64,000 nt of DNA from Eubacteriales bacterium (lineage in GTDB: Bacteria; Bacillota; Clostridia; Oscillospirales; CAG-272), in contig JAZRRX010000037.1 in the NCBI GenBank assembly GCA_045651165.1, forward strand, positions 584-64,583. The letters are read 5' to 3'. Of this stretch, positions 38,110-48,159 are shown piece by piece. Each line of letters opens with the position of its first letter. The first letter of the stretch is position 1. Position numbers and translations under genes: made by a program. Under the pieces are notes generated by a model that was not told the DNA's origin, did not search any database, and saw nothing but the letters and a program-made list of their open reading frames with translations.

Positions 38110-39713
38110 TTAATAAAATAATTTCTATTGTTCTTCTTTTCACCACTCTGCTTTGCTCACTGACACTTTTTTCGTGCCATAAAAGAGCAAATATAGACGA
38201 ATTTGTTGTCCCCGATAATTTCGATACATCAAAGCAGTATGAAATAACATTTTGGGCAAAAAATGAAAACAATCAATCCCAAAGAAATGTGTATGCAAAT
38301 GCAGTTGCTGAATTTGAAAAACTTTATCCAAATATCAAAGTTACTCTGCGTAATTTCACCGATTATGGTGAAATATATAATAACGTAATTACAAACATTT
38401 CAACAGGCACAACCCCCAATGTCTGCATAACTTATCCCGACCATATAGCAACCTATATGGAAGGCGATAATATCATAGCGCCACTTGATTTGTTGATAGC
38501 AAATGAAAAATATGGTCTTGGTGGCAGTGAAGTGAAATTTGATTCGCCAAATGTTGAGGAAATTATCCCAAAATTTTTAAATGAAGGTAAAATTGGTGAA
38601 ACCCAGTATGCTCTTCCCTTTATGCGCTCAACTGAAGCGTGCTATGTGAATAAAGATTTAGTTGAAGCGCTCGGATTTACGCTTCCCGAAGTTCTCACTT
38701 GGGATTTCGTTTGGGAAGTAAGTGAATATGCCCTCTCACTCGGCAAAGATACGGACGGCAATTATATCGCAAACGGTCAAAACACACTCATTCCCTTTAT
38801 TTATAAGTCAACGGACAATATGATGATTTCAATGCTTAAACAACTTGAAGCACCATATTCCAACGAAAATGGTGAAGTTTTGATTTTCAATGACACAACA
38901 AAGGATATTTTGTTTGAAATTTCAAAGCACGCCAAAACAAAGGCATTTTCAACATTCAAAATTTCAAGTTATCCAGGAAACTTCTTGAATGCAGGTCAAT
39001 GTATTTTTGCTATCGACTCAACCGCAGGCGCAACTTGGATGGGCGCGGATGCACCGCTTGTTGATATTCCCGATGACCAGAGAGTTGATTTTGAAACTGC
39101 AGTTTTACCCATACCCCAATTTGATGAAGAAAATCCGCAAATGATTTCCCAAGGTCCTTCCCTTTGCATTTTCAATAAAGAAGATAGTGGCGAAGTGCTT
39201 GCATCGTGGTTGTTTGCTCAGTTCCTTCTCACAAATGAAGTGCAAATTGCTTACTCGCAAACCGAAGGATATGTTCCTGTAACATCAAAGGCGCAAAACA
39301 GTGCAGAATATATAGACTATTTGAATCGCGCAGGTGAAGATAACAATCTTTATTATGATGTAAAGATTGAAGCATCAAAGCTTTTGATAAACAACGTGGA
39401 TAATTCGTTCACCACTCCCGTTTTCAATGGTTCTACTTCTTTGCGTAATGCAGCAGGTGAGTTAGTTGAATTAACCGTTAGCTCTGCCACTAAAAACAGA
39501 ATCATCGATGATGCATTTATAGAACTCTTATTTTCAAGAGTAACATCACTTCATAAATTAGACCAAATAAAAACTTCAGGGAAAGTCCAAATCAATGAAT
39601 TTGGTTCTTTACCTAAAGAATCGATTATGTTAATATCTGGTTTGACTATAGTTTGGTTGGGAATTGGGTTGTATTTCTTAAAAGAATATATTAGTAAAAG
39701 AAAAAAGCAATAA
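38106..39713 (+). CDS. extracellular solute-binding protein with C-terminal TM
   Basis: Lipobox-like LFSC, ALPFMRSTE, QGPSLC and GYVPV. Confidence 0.85.
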   Translation: MINKIISIVLLFTTLLCSLTLFSCHKRANIDEFVVPDNFDTSKQYEITFWAKNENNQSQRNVYANAVAEFEKLYPNIKVTLRNFTDYGEIYNNVITNISTGTTPNVCITYPDHIATYMEGDNIIAPLDLLIANEKYGLGGSEVKFDSPNVEEIIPKFLNEGKIGETQYALPFMRSTEACYVNKDLVEALGFTLPEVLTWDFVWEVSEYALSLGKDTDGNYIANGQNTLIPFIYKSTDNMMISMLKQLEAPYSNENGEVLIFNDTTKDILFEISKHAKTKAFSTFKISSYPGNFLNAGQCIFAIDSTAGATWMGADAPLVDIPDDQRVDFETAVLPIPQFDEENPQMISQGPSLCIFNKEDSGEVLASWLFAQFLLTNEVQIAYSQTEGYVPVTSKAQNSAEYIDYLNRAGEDNNLYYDVKIEASKLLINNVDNSFTTPVFNGSTSLRNAAGELVELTVSSATKNRIIDDAFIELLFSRVTSLHKLDQIKTSGKVQINEFGSLPKESIMLISGLTIVWLGIGLYFLKEYISKRKKQ

Positions 39714-39788
39714 AATATTGACTTTTGGTATTTTTTGTGTATAATAATATTTGATAAAATTCTATTTTCTATAAAGGAGAATATTAAT

Positions 39789-40508
39789 ATGAAAAAGATT
39801 ATTTGTTTTGTGCTTCTTTGCACAACCGCTCTCTGCCTTTTCGGTTGTCCCGAAAAACCCGATAATACAGTTAAGGTTTTGACTTGGGAAGAATATGTTG
39901 CAGCTGAAGTTGGTTCAAAAGTAGTTATCGAAGCATATGTTCAGGGTCACCAATCTTGGTGGGATAACAAAATCTCTGTTTACGCTCAAAACGAAAACGG
40001 TGGTTACTTCCTTTATGACTTCCCTTGCTCAAAAGAAACTGCTGAAAAGCTCGTTCCTGGCACAAAGATTCGTGTTTATGGCTACAAAGCTGAATGGGCA
40101 GGCGAATTGGAAATCGTAACTGACGAAATGGATCCCGATTACGCAAAGATTGAAGTTATTGAAGGCAACTATGTTGCAAATCCCATTGACCTTACAGCAA
40201 AACTTGGTACAGATGAACTTGTTAATTACCAGAATATGCTCGCTGAATTCAAGGGTCTTACTTTTAAATCTCTTGAATACAAAAACGGTGAACCCGGTGA
40301 TGATATCTATGTAACATTCACCTATAACGGTGCTGACTATTCTTTCTGTGTTGAAAGATATCTTACAGGTCCTGAAACAGACCTTTACACACTTGTTGGT
40401 ACACTTCAGGAAGGTGACGTAGTTGACGTTGTTGGCTTTGCTTACTGGTACAACGGCATCAATACACACATCACAAGCGTAACAGTGCACACAACTCCCG
40501 CAAACTAA
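39789..40508 (+). CDS. acidic lipoprotein with probable tandem OB-fold-like domains
   Basis: Lipobox LFGC; two similar halves ending GTKIRVYG / GDVVDVVG. Confidence 0.6.
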   Translation: MKKIICFVLLCTTALCLFGCPEKPDNTVKVLTWEEYVAAEVGSKVVIEAYVQGHQSWWDNKISVYAQNENGGYFLYDFPCSKETAEKLVPGTKIRVYGYKAEWAGELEIVTDEMDPDYAKIEVIEGNYVANPIDLTAKLGTDELVNYQNMLAEFKGLTFKSLEYKNGEPGDDIYVTFTYNGADYSFCVERYLTGPETDLYTLVGTLQEGDVVDVVGFAYWYNGINTHITSVTVHTTPAN

Positions 40509-40558
40509 TTAATAAAAAATCAAACCGCGAGGGCTTTTTGCTCCTCGCGGTTTTATTT

Positions 40559-41143
40559 TTATTTTTTTCTCAAATTTAAAACTCTTACTATTGCAGGGCA
40601 AAGCACAATGTTTGTAATCAATTCAAACAAGAAGTTGCCACCCACAAGTCCGAGTATCATATATTCAACTGCAGATCCAAAGCCAGATGCAAGTCCCCAC
40701 TCTTGTATTGTTTCAAAGAAAAATACAAAGCATCCAATAAGGAACACACCGGTATTGACTATCGGACATACAATAGCTGCAGCAAATACTGCAAGATATT
40801 TGTTCTTTTCTTTGAGCAAATCATAAATAAGACCTGCTATAAGTCCACAAAGTGTGCCCTTTGCAAGAACTGTAATAATAGTTCCGATGGCATTAACGGT
40901 TAAAAAAGCTGCGGCATCACCATTAAGAAGCACTACCATTCCGAATACAAATCCAAGCCACGCGCTTATTTTTGGTCCACATGTCGCAGCGCCAATTACT
41001 ATTGGCATAAGCACGAGTGAACACTGAAATGGACCAAGTCGCACAAATGCACCCATAAACTGCAATATAACTACTAAAGCAGTCATAAGAGCCGAAAGCA
41101 CCAAAGTCTCGGTTGACATTCGTTTGTTTTTTGTTTTAATCAT
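40559..41143 (-). CDS. ECF transporter S component, probably pantothenate (PanT-like)
   Basis: Multi-TM, PIVIGA and NTGVF motifs; downstream of coaX. Confidence 0.8.
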   Translation of the reverse strand: MIKTKNKRMSTETLVLSALMTALVVILQFMGAFVRLGPFQCSLVLMPIVIGAATCGPKISAWLGFVFGMVVLLNGDAAAFLTVNAIGTIITVLAKGTLCGLIAGLIYDLLKEKNKYLAVFAAAIVCPIVNTGVFLIGCFVFFFETIQEWGLASGFGSAVEYMILGLVGGNFLFELITNIVLCPAIVRVLNLRKK

Positions 41144-41155
41144 AAATTACTCCTT

Positions 41156-41183
41156 GCTGTCGTTCGCTTTTGCGATACAACGC
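41156..41183 (-). ncRNA. pan-motif-like hairpin with two bulged A residues
   Basis: GC-GTTGT-A-TCGC-AAAA-GCGA-ACGAC-A-GC directly before the AAGGAG RBS. Confidence 0.55.
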
Positions 41184-41239
41184 TAAATTTATAAATTTAC
41201 TCTTTTAAAAAGAGCATTAAACAAATTGAATATTAAATT

Positions 41240-42004
41240 TTAGTTGTTTTTTTGATATATGATATTAAGGCCTCGAAGAACCAAATATTCGTCTATTTGC
41301 ATTTCGTGATAGCAATGAGGAACAATAACAGATGCATAACCACCTGTAACAATAACGGGCAATTTTTCTCCAACCTCGGAATTGATGCGATCAATCATTC
41401 CGTCCATCATGCTTGCATGTCCAAAAATAACACCCGATTTCATACAATCAACTGTATTCTTACCAATAACGGTTGCAGGAGCTTCAAGTCCAACCTGTGG
41501 GAGCTGTGCAGTTCCACTTGCAAGTCCTTTAAGTCCCATCATAACGCCAGGAATAATAGAAACACCGATAAAAGCTCCGTTTTTGTTGGTAACAATCATC
41601 TTAGTGGCAGTTCCAATGTCAATTATAAGTGCGGGAGAAGAATAGAGGGTATTAGCAGCCACGCAAGAGCAGATAAGGTCTGCACCAACGGACGATGGTG
41701 AATCGCAAAGAATACCTATACCTGTTTTAATTCCAGGACAAACCATAAGCGCATCAACGTCATAAACAAGACGAAGAGCTGATTTCATAACAGAATTAAG
41801 TTGGGGAACAACACTTGATATTATAGCACCCTCAACGTTCTCTTTGGTAACGTTGTGAATGGTCAAAATATTCATAATCTTGCTTGCATATTCGTCTTCT
41901 GTCTTTTTAACATCGGTAGAAAGACGAACAACAAATTTAAGTTCATCACCCTCAAATCCGCCAAGTGCAATGCTCGTATTTCCAATATCTATAGCCAAAA
42001 TCAT
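41240..42004 (-). CDS. coaX: type III pantothenate kinase
   Basis: AIDIGNT, SSVVP, VGAD, DIGTAT and TGG. Confidence 0.95.
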   Translation of the reverse strand: MILAIDIGNTSIALGGFEGDELKFVVRLSTDVKKTEDEYASKIMNILTIHNVTKENVEGAIISSVVPQLNSVMKSALRLVYDVDALMVCPGIKTGIGILCDSPSSVGADLICSCVAANTLYSSPALIIDIGTATKMIVTNKNGAFIGVSIIPGVMMGLKGLASGTAQLPQVGLEAPATVIGKNTVDCMKSGVIFGHASMMDGMIDRINSEVGEKLPVIVTGGYASVIVPHCYHEMQIDEYLVLRGLNIIYQKNN

Positions 42005-42110
42005 AGGTTTTACCCCCTTATCTTTTTACATTTTTGAATTATAACACAAACTTTTATGCTTGTCAATGATTTTGAGATAAAATAAAATGCCACAAATAAG
42101 CAGTGAATAC

Positions 42111-42464
42111 TTCAAATTTTGATTTGTCGGGGGAGTAACAATCCTGCCCTCTGTCGTTTTGCTCCGCTTTTTCAAAAGCGGAAGCCCGCACGGCTTGAGT
42201 GCAAAAAAACGGCATTTTCTTTTTGCTAAGCTTTTTCTTTTGGGCCTTTTGTTTCAAAAGAAAAAGCGAGTAAGGATTTAGTAATCAGTAATCGTTAGCC
42301 GCTTTTCTTTGCAAGTATAAGCGCAAAGAAAAGCTACAAAAGAAACGCTGAATACAGGGCTACGCGCCCCGTACCCGCGCCACTGTGCGTGGAGCACCAC
42401 CTTTGAAAAGGTGGACGAAACAATCCAAAAGCAGATTGTTACTCCTCCATAAATCCCAATTTAT
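42111..42464. mobile_element. non-coding MITE/REPIN-like nested palindromic element
   Basis: Imperfect terminal inverted repeats of about 30 bp with a perfect GGAGTAACAATC core, plus mirrored internal hairpins. Confidence 0.7.
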
Positions 42465-42506
42465 ATAAACTAAAAAGCACTCTTTCGAGTGCTTTTTAAT
42501 ATTGAA

Positions 42507-44105
42507 TTAATCAATCTTAAATTTGTCAAGCAAAGCAAGTGCAGAGAGAACACCGTCATATGCGCTTGTTATGATTCCGCCTGCGTATCCTGCACCCTCA
42601 CCCGAAGGATAGATATGTGGGTGAGCTAAAGCCTCTTTAGTTTGCTCATCACGGAGCATTCGAACGGGGGAAGTGGTTCTTGTTTCAGGACCTGTGAGTA
42701 TTGCATCGGGACTATAAAAGCCTGGCATCCATTCATCAAAATCCCTAAAAGATTCTGTAAGTGAATTTGTGATATATTCGGGCATATATTCTCTTGGAGA
42801 GAGGGGAAGTGTGCCGATTGGGTAAGATGGTTTGACGGTAAGATTTTTGCCATCAGGTATTTTGTTTTCTGCAATATCACTCATTTTTGATATGGGGGCG
42901 TGATAATTTCTGCCGGAAATATTGAATGCTTTTTGCTCAATGGCACGTTGAAATTCAATTCCCGCAAGCGCATCATCCGTGCCAAAATCTTCGGGTGTAA
43001 CAGATACCAATAGTGCACAGTTTGAGTTGTCTGCGTTTCTATCAAACACACTCATTCCGTTAGTTACAATGCCACATTCTTCACTTGTGGCAGGAACAAC
43101 AGTGCCACCCGGACACATGCAAAAACTATATACGCTTCGTCCATTTTTCAAATGAGTTACGAGGTGATATGTTGCCGTTTCAAGTGAACTATCATGATTT
43201 TTGCCATAAACCAAATCATTTATATATTCGCGTGGATGCTCAATTCTCATACCAACACCAAATCCCTTGGGTATCATTGAAAAACCACGATTATAAAGGG
43301 CGCTTATTGTGTCCCTTGCGCTGTGTCCGATTGCCAAAATAACATCGGTGCAGGGTAGGATATTCTCACTATTATTTTTAATATATTTAACGGCTGTTAA
43401 CTTATCACCCGAATATACAAATTCGGTGAATTTTGCGCCAAAAATGAATTTTCCACCATGATTTATTATCTTTTGACGAATGTTCTTGACAATCATGCCG
43501 AGCTTGTCCGTGCCGAGATGAGCAGTGGTAGAATACGAAATATCGGCGGTAGCGCCGGCACAGATAAATTCGTCAAGTATCTTTTGTTTGCAGGCATTTT
43601 TTGAGCCGACCTTTAATTTGCCATCAGAATATGTACCTGCTCCTCCCTCACCAAATTGCACGTTGCATTCGGGATTGAGAATACCAAATTTCACAAATTT
43701 CTCAACTTCTTTTTCGCGCTCGTCTATGGACAATCCACGCTCAAGTACAATGGGACGAGCTCCAGCCTCTGCCAAAATGAGTGCAGCAAACAGTCCACAA
43801 GGACCTGCACCTATAACAATGGGTGAGAGGTTTTGAGTATTATATTTTTTGTATTTAAACTCAAGAGAGGGGACTTCAACTGCAACTTTTTTGCGAAGCT
43901 TGAATTTTTCTTCAAGCTCACTATCAAAGCAAACGCCGATTGCCGCCTTATAACAAATATCACTTTTGTTTGAAAGGTCAAGGGCAAGTTTTAGTATTTC
44001 AAAGTGCTTTATATCTTCTTTTGTTATGGGAAAAACAGAACAAATTTTAGTTTTTATGTCATTTTCGGTATATTTTAATGGTAATTTGATATCTATTCTT
44101 AACAT
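42507..44105 (-). CDS. uncharacterised FAD-dependent dehydrogenase
   Basis: IGAGPCG, FGEGGAGTYSDGK, SFCMCPGG, ETRTTSP and GEGAGYAGGI. Confidence 0.9.
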   Translation of the reverse strand: MLRIDIKLPLKYTENDIKTKICSVFPITKEDIKHFEILKLALDLSNKSDICYKAAIGVCFDSELEEKFKLRKKVAVEVPSLEFKYKKYNTQNLSPIVIGAGPCGLFAALILAEAGARPIVLERGLSIDEREKEVEKFVKFGILNPECNVQFGEGGAGTYSDGKLKVGSKNACKQKILDEFICAGATADISYSTTAHLGTDKLGMIVKNIRQKIINHGGKFIFGAKFTEFVYSGDKLTAVKYIKNNSENILPCTDVILAIGHSARDTISALYNRGFSMIPKGFGVGMRIEHPREYINDLVYGKNHDSSLETATYHLVTHLKNGRSVYSFCMCPGGTVVPATSEECGIVTNGMSVFDRNADNSNCALLVSVTPEDFGTDDALAGIEFQRAIEQKAFNISGRNYHAPISKMSDIAENKIPDGKNLTVKPSYPIGTLPLSPREYMPEYITNSLTESFRDFDEWMPGFYSPDAILTGPETRTTSPVRMLRDEQTKEALAHPHIYPSGEGAGYAGGIITSAYDGVLSALALLDKFKID

Positions 44106-44296
44106 ATTTGCCCTCCTTTCGTATATATGTAATAATATTATACCATAAAACTTGTATAAATGAAACAAAAAAATAAATAATTAATAAAAATTTTTAAAAC
44201 CCCTTGATTTTTAAAATTAATAGTGTTAAAATTATATAAAAGTTTTATGAAACCTTTTATTTTATTGGGATTTTTGATGATTGAGGAGGCAAAATT

Positions 44297-46090
44297 ATGA
44301 AATCAAAATCTAAAATTTTAGTGCTAATTGCGGTTGCAATAGTTTTAGTTGCTGCAATTGTTGGCGTTTCACTTTTTGTGTCAAACAAGGGTGGAGATGA
44401 GCCTAATCCAACAACTACCACAACAACTACAACCACAACGACAACAACTACTGCAACGACAACTACCACCACAACAACTACTACAACTACGGGTAAACCC
44501 GCTCCTGAAACACCTAAATTTTCAAGAACTGAAAGCTCAACAACTAAAGCTGAAATTCTTGCAAGATATACTGCTACTCCTGAAGAATTTGAATCAGTAA
44601 TGGCAATGCTTGACAGAATGCTTGAAGGTGCTTTGGCAGATCCCGAAGGCAACGATCCTACAGTTGGCAAGTTGACTTATGAAGAAGTAGAAGCTATTTA
44701 CGAAGAATTCGAAGATGCGTTCTATCACCTCGCTGAACAGAGAACTATTGCAACTCTTGTTTATTATTGCGATACAAGTGATGAAGAGGCATCAACACGT
44801 TATCTTGATACTCAAGATTTGTTCTTGGATCTTAATGACAAATACAATATTGTTTGCAGAGATATGTATCTTAACTCTCCATATTCTGCACAGCTCTTTG
44901 AGGACTGGACAGAAGAAGAAATTCAAGCGCTTCTTGACTATGACCCCGAGATTATGGCGCTTAGAAAAGAAATAGAAGCTATTCAGGTTGAAGTTGATAA
45001 TCTTAATGAAAAAGACGACGATTATAACGACAAGAGCGCGGCTTACTACGTTCAGATAATCACAAAGAACAATCAGTTGGCAGCTCTTTATGGCTATGAT
45101 AACTATTATGATTATGCTACTAAAAACGTTTATAGCAGAGATTATGAGGCAGAAGACCTTTTGGCTTTCCGTGAATATGTTATTCAATATGTAGTTCCCA
45201 ATTATTCTGCTATATACAACAATTTCATGAACTATAAGAAATTGACTGAATGGAAAAAGAATCAGTTCCTTAATTTCGCTACTGCAGAGTTTGACAGTAT
45301 GAATAAGAATTATCTTATTATGTATCTCGATTCTCTTGAGGGTACAATGGGTGATAGCATGCGTGATGTATTTGAGAGCAAGAACTGTATCTTCTCAAAT
45401 ATCGGAACATCTCATCCCACTGCATTCTGCACATATCTTTATGAAACTGAAACCCCATTCTGCTTGTTTGGTAGCTCCGGACAGACATCGACAACAATAG
45501 TTCACGAAATCGGACACTATTACGCAAGTCTTGTTAATAATGACCTTGAAAACTATGACCTTTTGGAAGTACATTCTCAGGCGAATGAATACTTGTTCCT
45601 CAACCATGCCAAGAGTTCTCTTAACGCAGATGCTTATGAGTGCATCAGAGCATATCAGCTTGTAAACGCATGTTATGTAATGATTATGGCAACTATTATC
45701 GACGAGTTTGAACAAACGGTTTATACTCTTGACAGCGTTGAAAACTATACATCTGCAGATTTTGATGAAATTATGACCAATATTTGTGAAAAATATGGTG
45801 GTGTTGATTGGATCTCTTCAAAGCTTGCTGATCCTTACAATTACTGGAGACAGGTTGCTATCAGCAATCCCGTTTACTACATCAGCTATGCTGTTTCTGC
45901 AGTAGCAGCAACAGAAATCTTCTATATTGCTGAAGAAGTAGGTCAGGCAGAGGCGTATGAACATTACACCATTCTTGTTGAGGGTGTTACACCCGAAGAT
46001 GGTTTTGTTGGTGCTCTTACAAAGGCAGGTCTTGGATCTCCATTTGAAGAGGAAACATACGAAAAAATCCATGCAACATTGACAAGATAA
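44297..46090 (+). CDS. membrane-anchored M3-like zinc metallopeptidase with poly-Thr linker
   Basis: N-terminal TM, Thr tract, HEIGH, EVHSQ and YYISYA. Confidence 0.8.
   Translation: MKSKSKILVLIAVAIVLVAAIVGVSLFVSNKGGDEPNPTTTTTTTTTTTTTTATTTTTTTTTTTTGKPAPETPKFSRTESSTTKAEILARYTATPEEFESVMAMLDRMLEGALADPEGNDPTVGKLTYEEVEAIYEEFEDAFYHLAEQRTIATLVYYCDTSDEEASTRYLDTQDLFLDLNDKYNIVCRDMYLNSPYSAQLFEDWTEEEIQALLDYDPEIMALRKEIEAIQVEVDNLNEKDDDYNDKSAAYYVQIITKNNQLAALYGYDNYYDYATKNVYSRDYEAEDLLAFREYVIQYVVPNYSAIYNNFMNYKKLTEWKKNQFLNFATAEFDSMNKNYLIMYLDSLEGTMGDSMRDVFESKNCIFSNIGTSHPTAFCTYLYETETPFCLFGSSGQTSTTIVHEIGHYYASLVNNDLENYDLLEVHSQANEYLFLNHAKSSLNADAYECIRAYQLVNACYVMIMATIIDEFEQTVYTLDSVENYTSADFDEIMTNICEKYGGVDWISSKLADPYNYWRQVAISNPVYYISYAVSAVAATEIFYIAEEVGQAEAYEHYTILVEGVTPEDGFVGALTKAGLGSPFEEETYEKIHATLTR
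44411..44491 (+). repeat. ACN codon microsatellite encoding a poly-Thr linker
   Basis: About 27 near-consecutive Thr codons with variable third positions. Confidence 0.85.
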
Positions 46091-46107
46091 TTTAACAATA
46101 CAAATAA

Positions 46108-46140
46108 AATCCCCACTCCAAACGGAGTGGGGATTGTTTT
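46108..46140. terminator. bidirectional terminator
   Basis: AATCCCCACTCC-AAAC-GGAGTGGGGATT. Confidence 0.85.
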
Positions 46141-46761
46141 TTATCTTATAAAACTTGTTCTTTCTGGTTTTTCTCTTTCGGGGAGTCCGAATTTTTCTTT
46201 GCCAAGTTCTATGCTTTTCATAAGAAATATCATGTTGTTGGCAAGTGTGCGCATTGTTTGAAGGCCTTCAAGGTCTTGCGCGGCTTCTCCCTGTGCGCCA
46301 CCGTGGACACTGTTCCAATATTGGCTTGAGGCAAGTGGCATTCCACTGTAAGTAAAATATTTATTCAACTGATCAAATGTTGCGGATGCACCACCTCGTC
46401 TTGCGACTGCAACTGATGCGCCAACCTTCATTCGCTTGTCAAAGGTTGTGCTATAAAACAATCTGTCAAGACACGCGATGAGCGTAGAATTTGCGTTTGC
46501 ATAATATACGGGGGAGGCAATGACCATTCCATCACATTCTTTAAAGCGAGGCGCAAGCTCGTTTACAATATCGTCAATAACACATTTTTCTTTGCCGCTA
46601 TGGCATGCACCGCAAGCCATGCAACCTCGAATATTCATGTTGCCAATTTGAATGTAATCAACTTCAATATTGTTTGCGTTAAATATTTCTGTCATCTGTG
46701 CCAAAGCCAATGACGTGTTTCCGTTAACTCTTGGACTGCCATTTATTATAAGAACTTTCAT
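46141..46761 (-). CDS. flavodoxin family iron-sulfur flavoprotein
   Basis: NGSPR-GNT, CMACGAC....C and SPVYY. Confidence 0.9.
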   Translation of the reverse strand: MKVLIINGSPRVNGNTSLALAQMTEIFNANNIEVDYIQIGNMNIRGCMACGACHSGKEKCVIDDIVNELAPRFKECDGMVIASPVYYANANSTLIACLDRLFYSTTFDKRMKVGASVAVARRGGASATFDQLNKYFTYSGMPLASSQYWNSVHGGAQGEAAQDLEGLQTMRTLANNMIFLMKSIELGKEKFGLPEREKPERTSFIR

Positions 46762-46770
46762 AAATCACCT

Positions 46771-48135
46771 TTAGTTAAGAATAAAAGTAGTAATTTGTTC
46801 AGCAGTTTGGTTTATTTGCTCTGCATTAGATATGGTTGCTTGACCATCTTTTTTCTGCTCACCATACATTCCGAAATATGAGTGATTACCACCAGCTATT
46901 TCATAATGGCAACCATCGGGAAGATTATCTTTGTATTTGTTGTATTTGTTTTGATTAAGCACACCATCTTTGCTTCCGTAGATTGAAATAACTTCAAAAT
47001 CGGAAATATCGGTAATCGAATATGCGCCAAGAAGAACAACACCCTTAAATATATCGTCGTGTAGAGAAGCGCAGGATGCCGCCATAGCGCCACCGAGTGA
47101 ATGTCCACCAATGTACCAATCTGTAATTTCCGGGAAAAGCTTTGTTGCATTAACGCCTTTGTTTATACCAAAGATAGCAAGGTTTTGTGGCATTTTGATT
47201 ACAATACACACAATTCCTTCCTGCGCGCACTTTTTCAAAAGTGGCTCGTAAGAAGTATATTCAACCTGACCACCGGGATAGAACACCAATCCCGCTTTTA
47301 TTTTACTTTCGTCTGTGGGACGATAAGCAATTATGCCATCTTCAAATTCTTGTTTTTCGACATTTTCAATATATTCGGTGTTATACGCATATATTTTCTC
47401 TGTGTCTGCTTTGTAAACATTATTAAGGAATATTACTGAAACAGTGAAAAGTGTAATCAACACAAGACCTGTGATGACAATCAATATCCACTTACCTTTT
47501 TTCTTGGACACGTTACGTTTAATGTCGCTTTTTCTGGGGGCAGTTACGATATAGTCCATAATGGGCGTTGTGAGTGTCATCAATATCAAGGAGTAAATTA
47601 CTGATTCGATATCGGTAATAGGGAGGAAGAGAAGTATGATAACGAAATCTTTTATAAAGTGAATCCAACCGAAGTCCAAATCACCTTTTTTAGAAATTGC
47701 CATGGAAAGAACGTGTTCACCATTGGGTGCACTTCCGTATCTAAGCATCAAGCCCGTACCAACTTCAATAAAAATCATACCCAAAAGAGTTGCCAAAAGT
47801 ATGTAGTTTCCTAAATTCAAACGCAAGGGTTCGAAAATCGCAACGAAGAGTGAATAGGTAAGAGTACCAACCCCCATGTTAAGAATGAACTTTGCGTCCA
47901 TCAAACGCCATGCAAGAAGATAACAGAAGGCATTAATCAAAAGAGAAGAAAACCAAATTTCAATTTTTCCATCTGTAAAATGCTCAATAAGACGAGCAAG
48001 ACCGATGATACCACCGTCGGCAGCTCCGCTGTCAACGTGAATTGAAGTACCAAAGGCAACTATAGCAGAACCTAAAATGGTAAAAAACAGGTTCAAAAAG
48101 TTCATATTGGCAAATAATCGTTTAAGAGTTCTCAT
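46771..48135 (-). CDS. YitT-like membrane domain fused to an alpha/beta hydrolase
   Basis: ADGGIIGLA YitT-type N-terminal half; FYPGG, GHSLGG, GSKDG and GGNH in the C-terminal half. Confidence 0.75.
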   Translation of the reverse strand: MRTLKRLFANMNFLNLFFTILGSAIVAFGTSIHVDSGAADGGIIGLARLIEHFTDGKIEIWFSSLLINAFCYLLAWRLMDAKFILNMGVGTLTYSLFVAIFEPLRLNLGNYILLATLLGMIFIEVGTGLMLRYGSAPNGEHVLSMAISKKGDLDFGWIHFIKDFVIILLFLPITDIESVIYSLILMTLTTPIMDYIVTAPRKSDIKRNVSKKKGKWILIVITGLVLITLFTVSVIFLNNVYKADTEKIYAYNTEYIENVEKQEFEDGIIAYRPTDESKIKAGLVFYPGGQVEYTSYEPLLKKCAQEGIVCIVIKMPQNLAIFGINKGVNATKLFPEITDWYIGGHSLGGAMAASCASLHDDIFKGVVLLGAYSITDISDFEVISIYGSKDGVLNQNKYNKYKDNLPDGCHYEIAGGNHSYFGMYGEQKKDGQATISNAEQINQTAEQITTFILN

Positions 48136-48159
48136 TTATTTTATACCTCTCTGTCTTTT

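Noticed and set aside
32604-40556. AACCGCGAGG...CCTCGCGGTT hairpins at about 32608 and 40523 as element ends
   Set aside because: Both sit between convergent genes with A/T tails and are explained as ordinary bidirectional terminators.
42063-42257. 64-aa ORF in the palindromic element
   Set aside because: It has no RBS and its composition is a by-product of the hairpin repeats.
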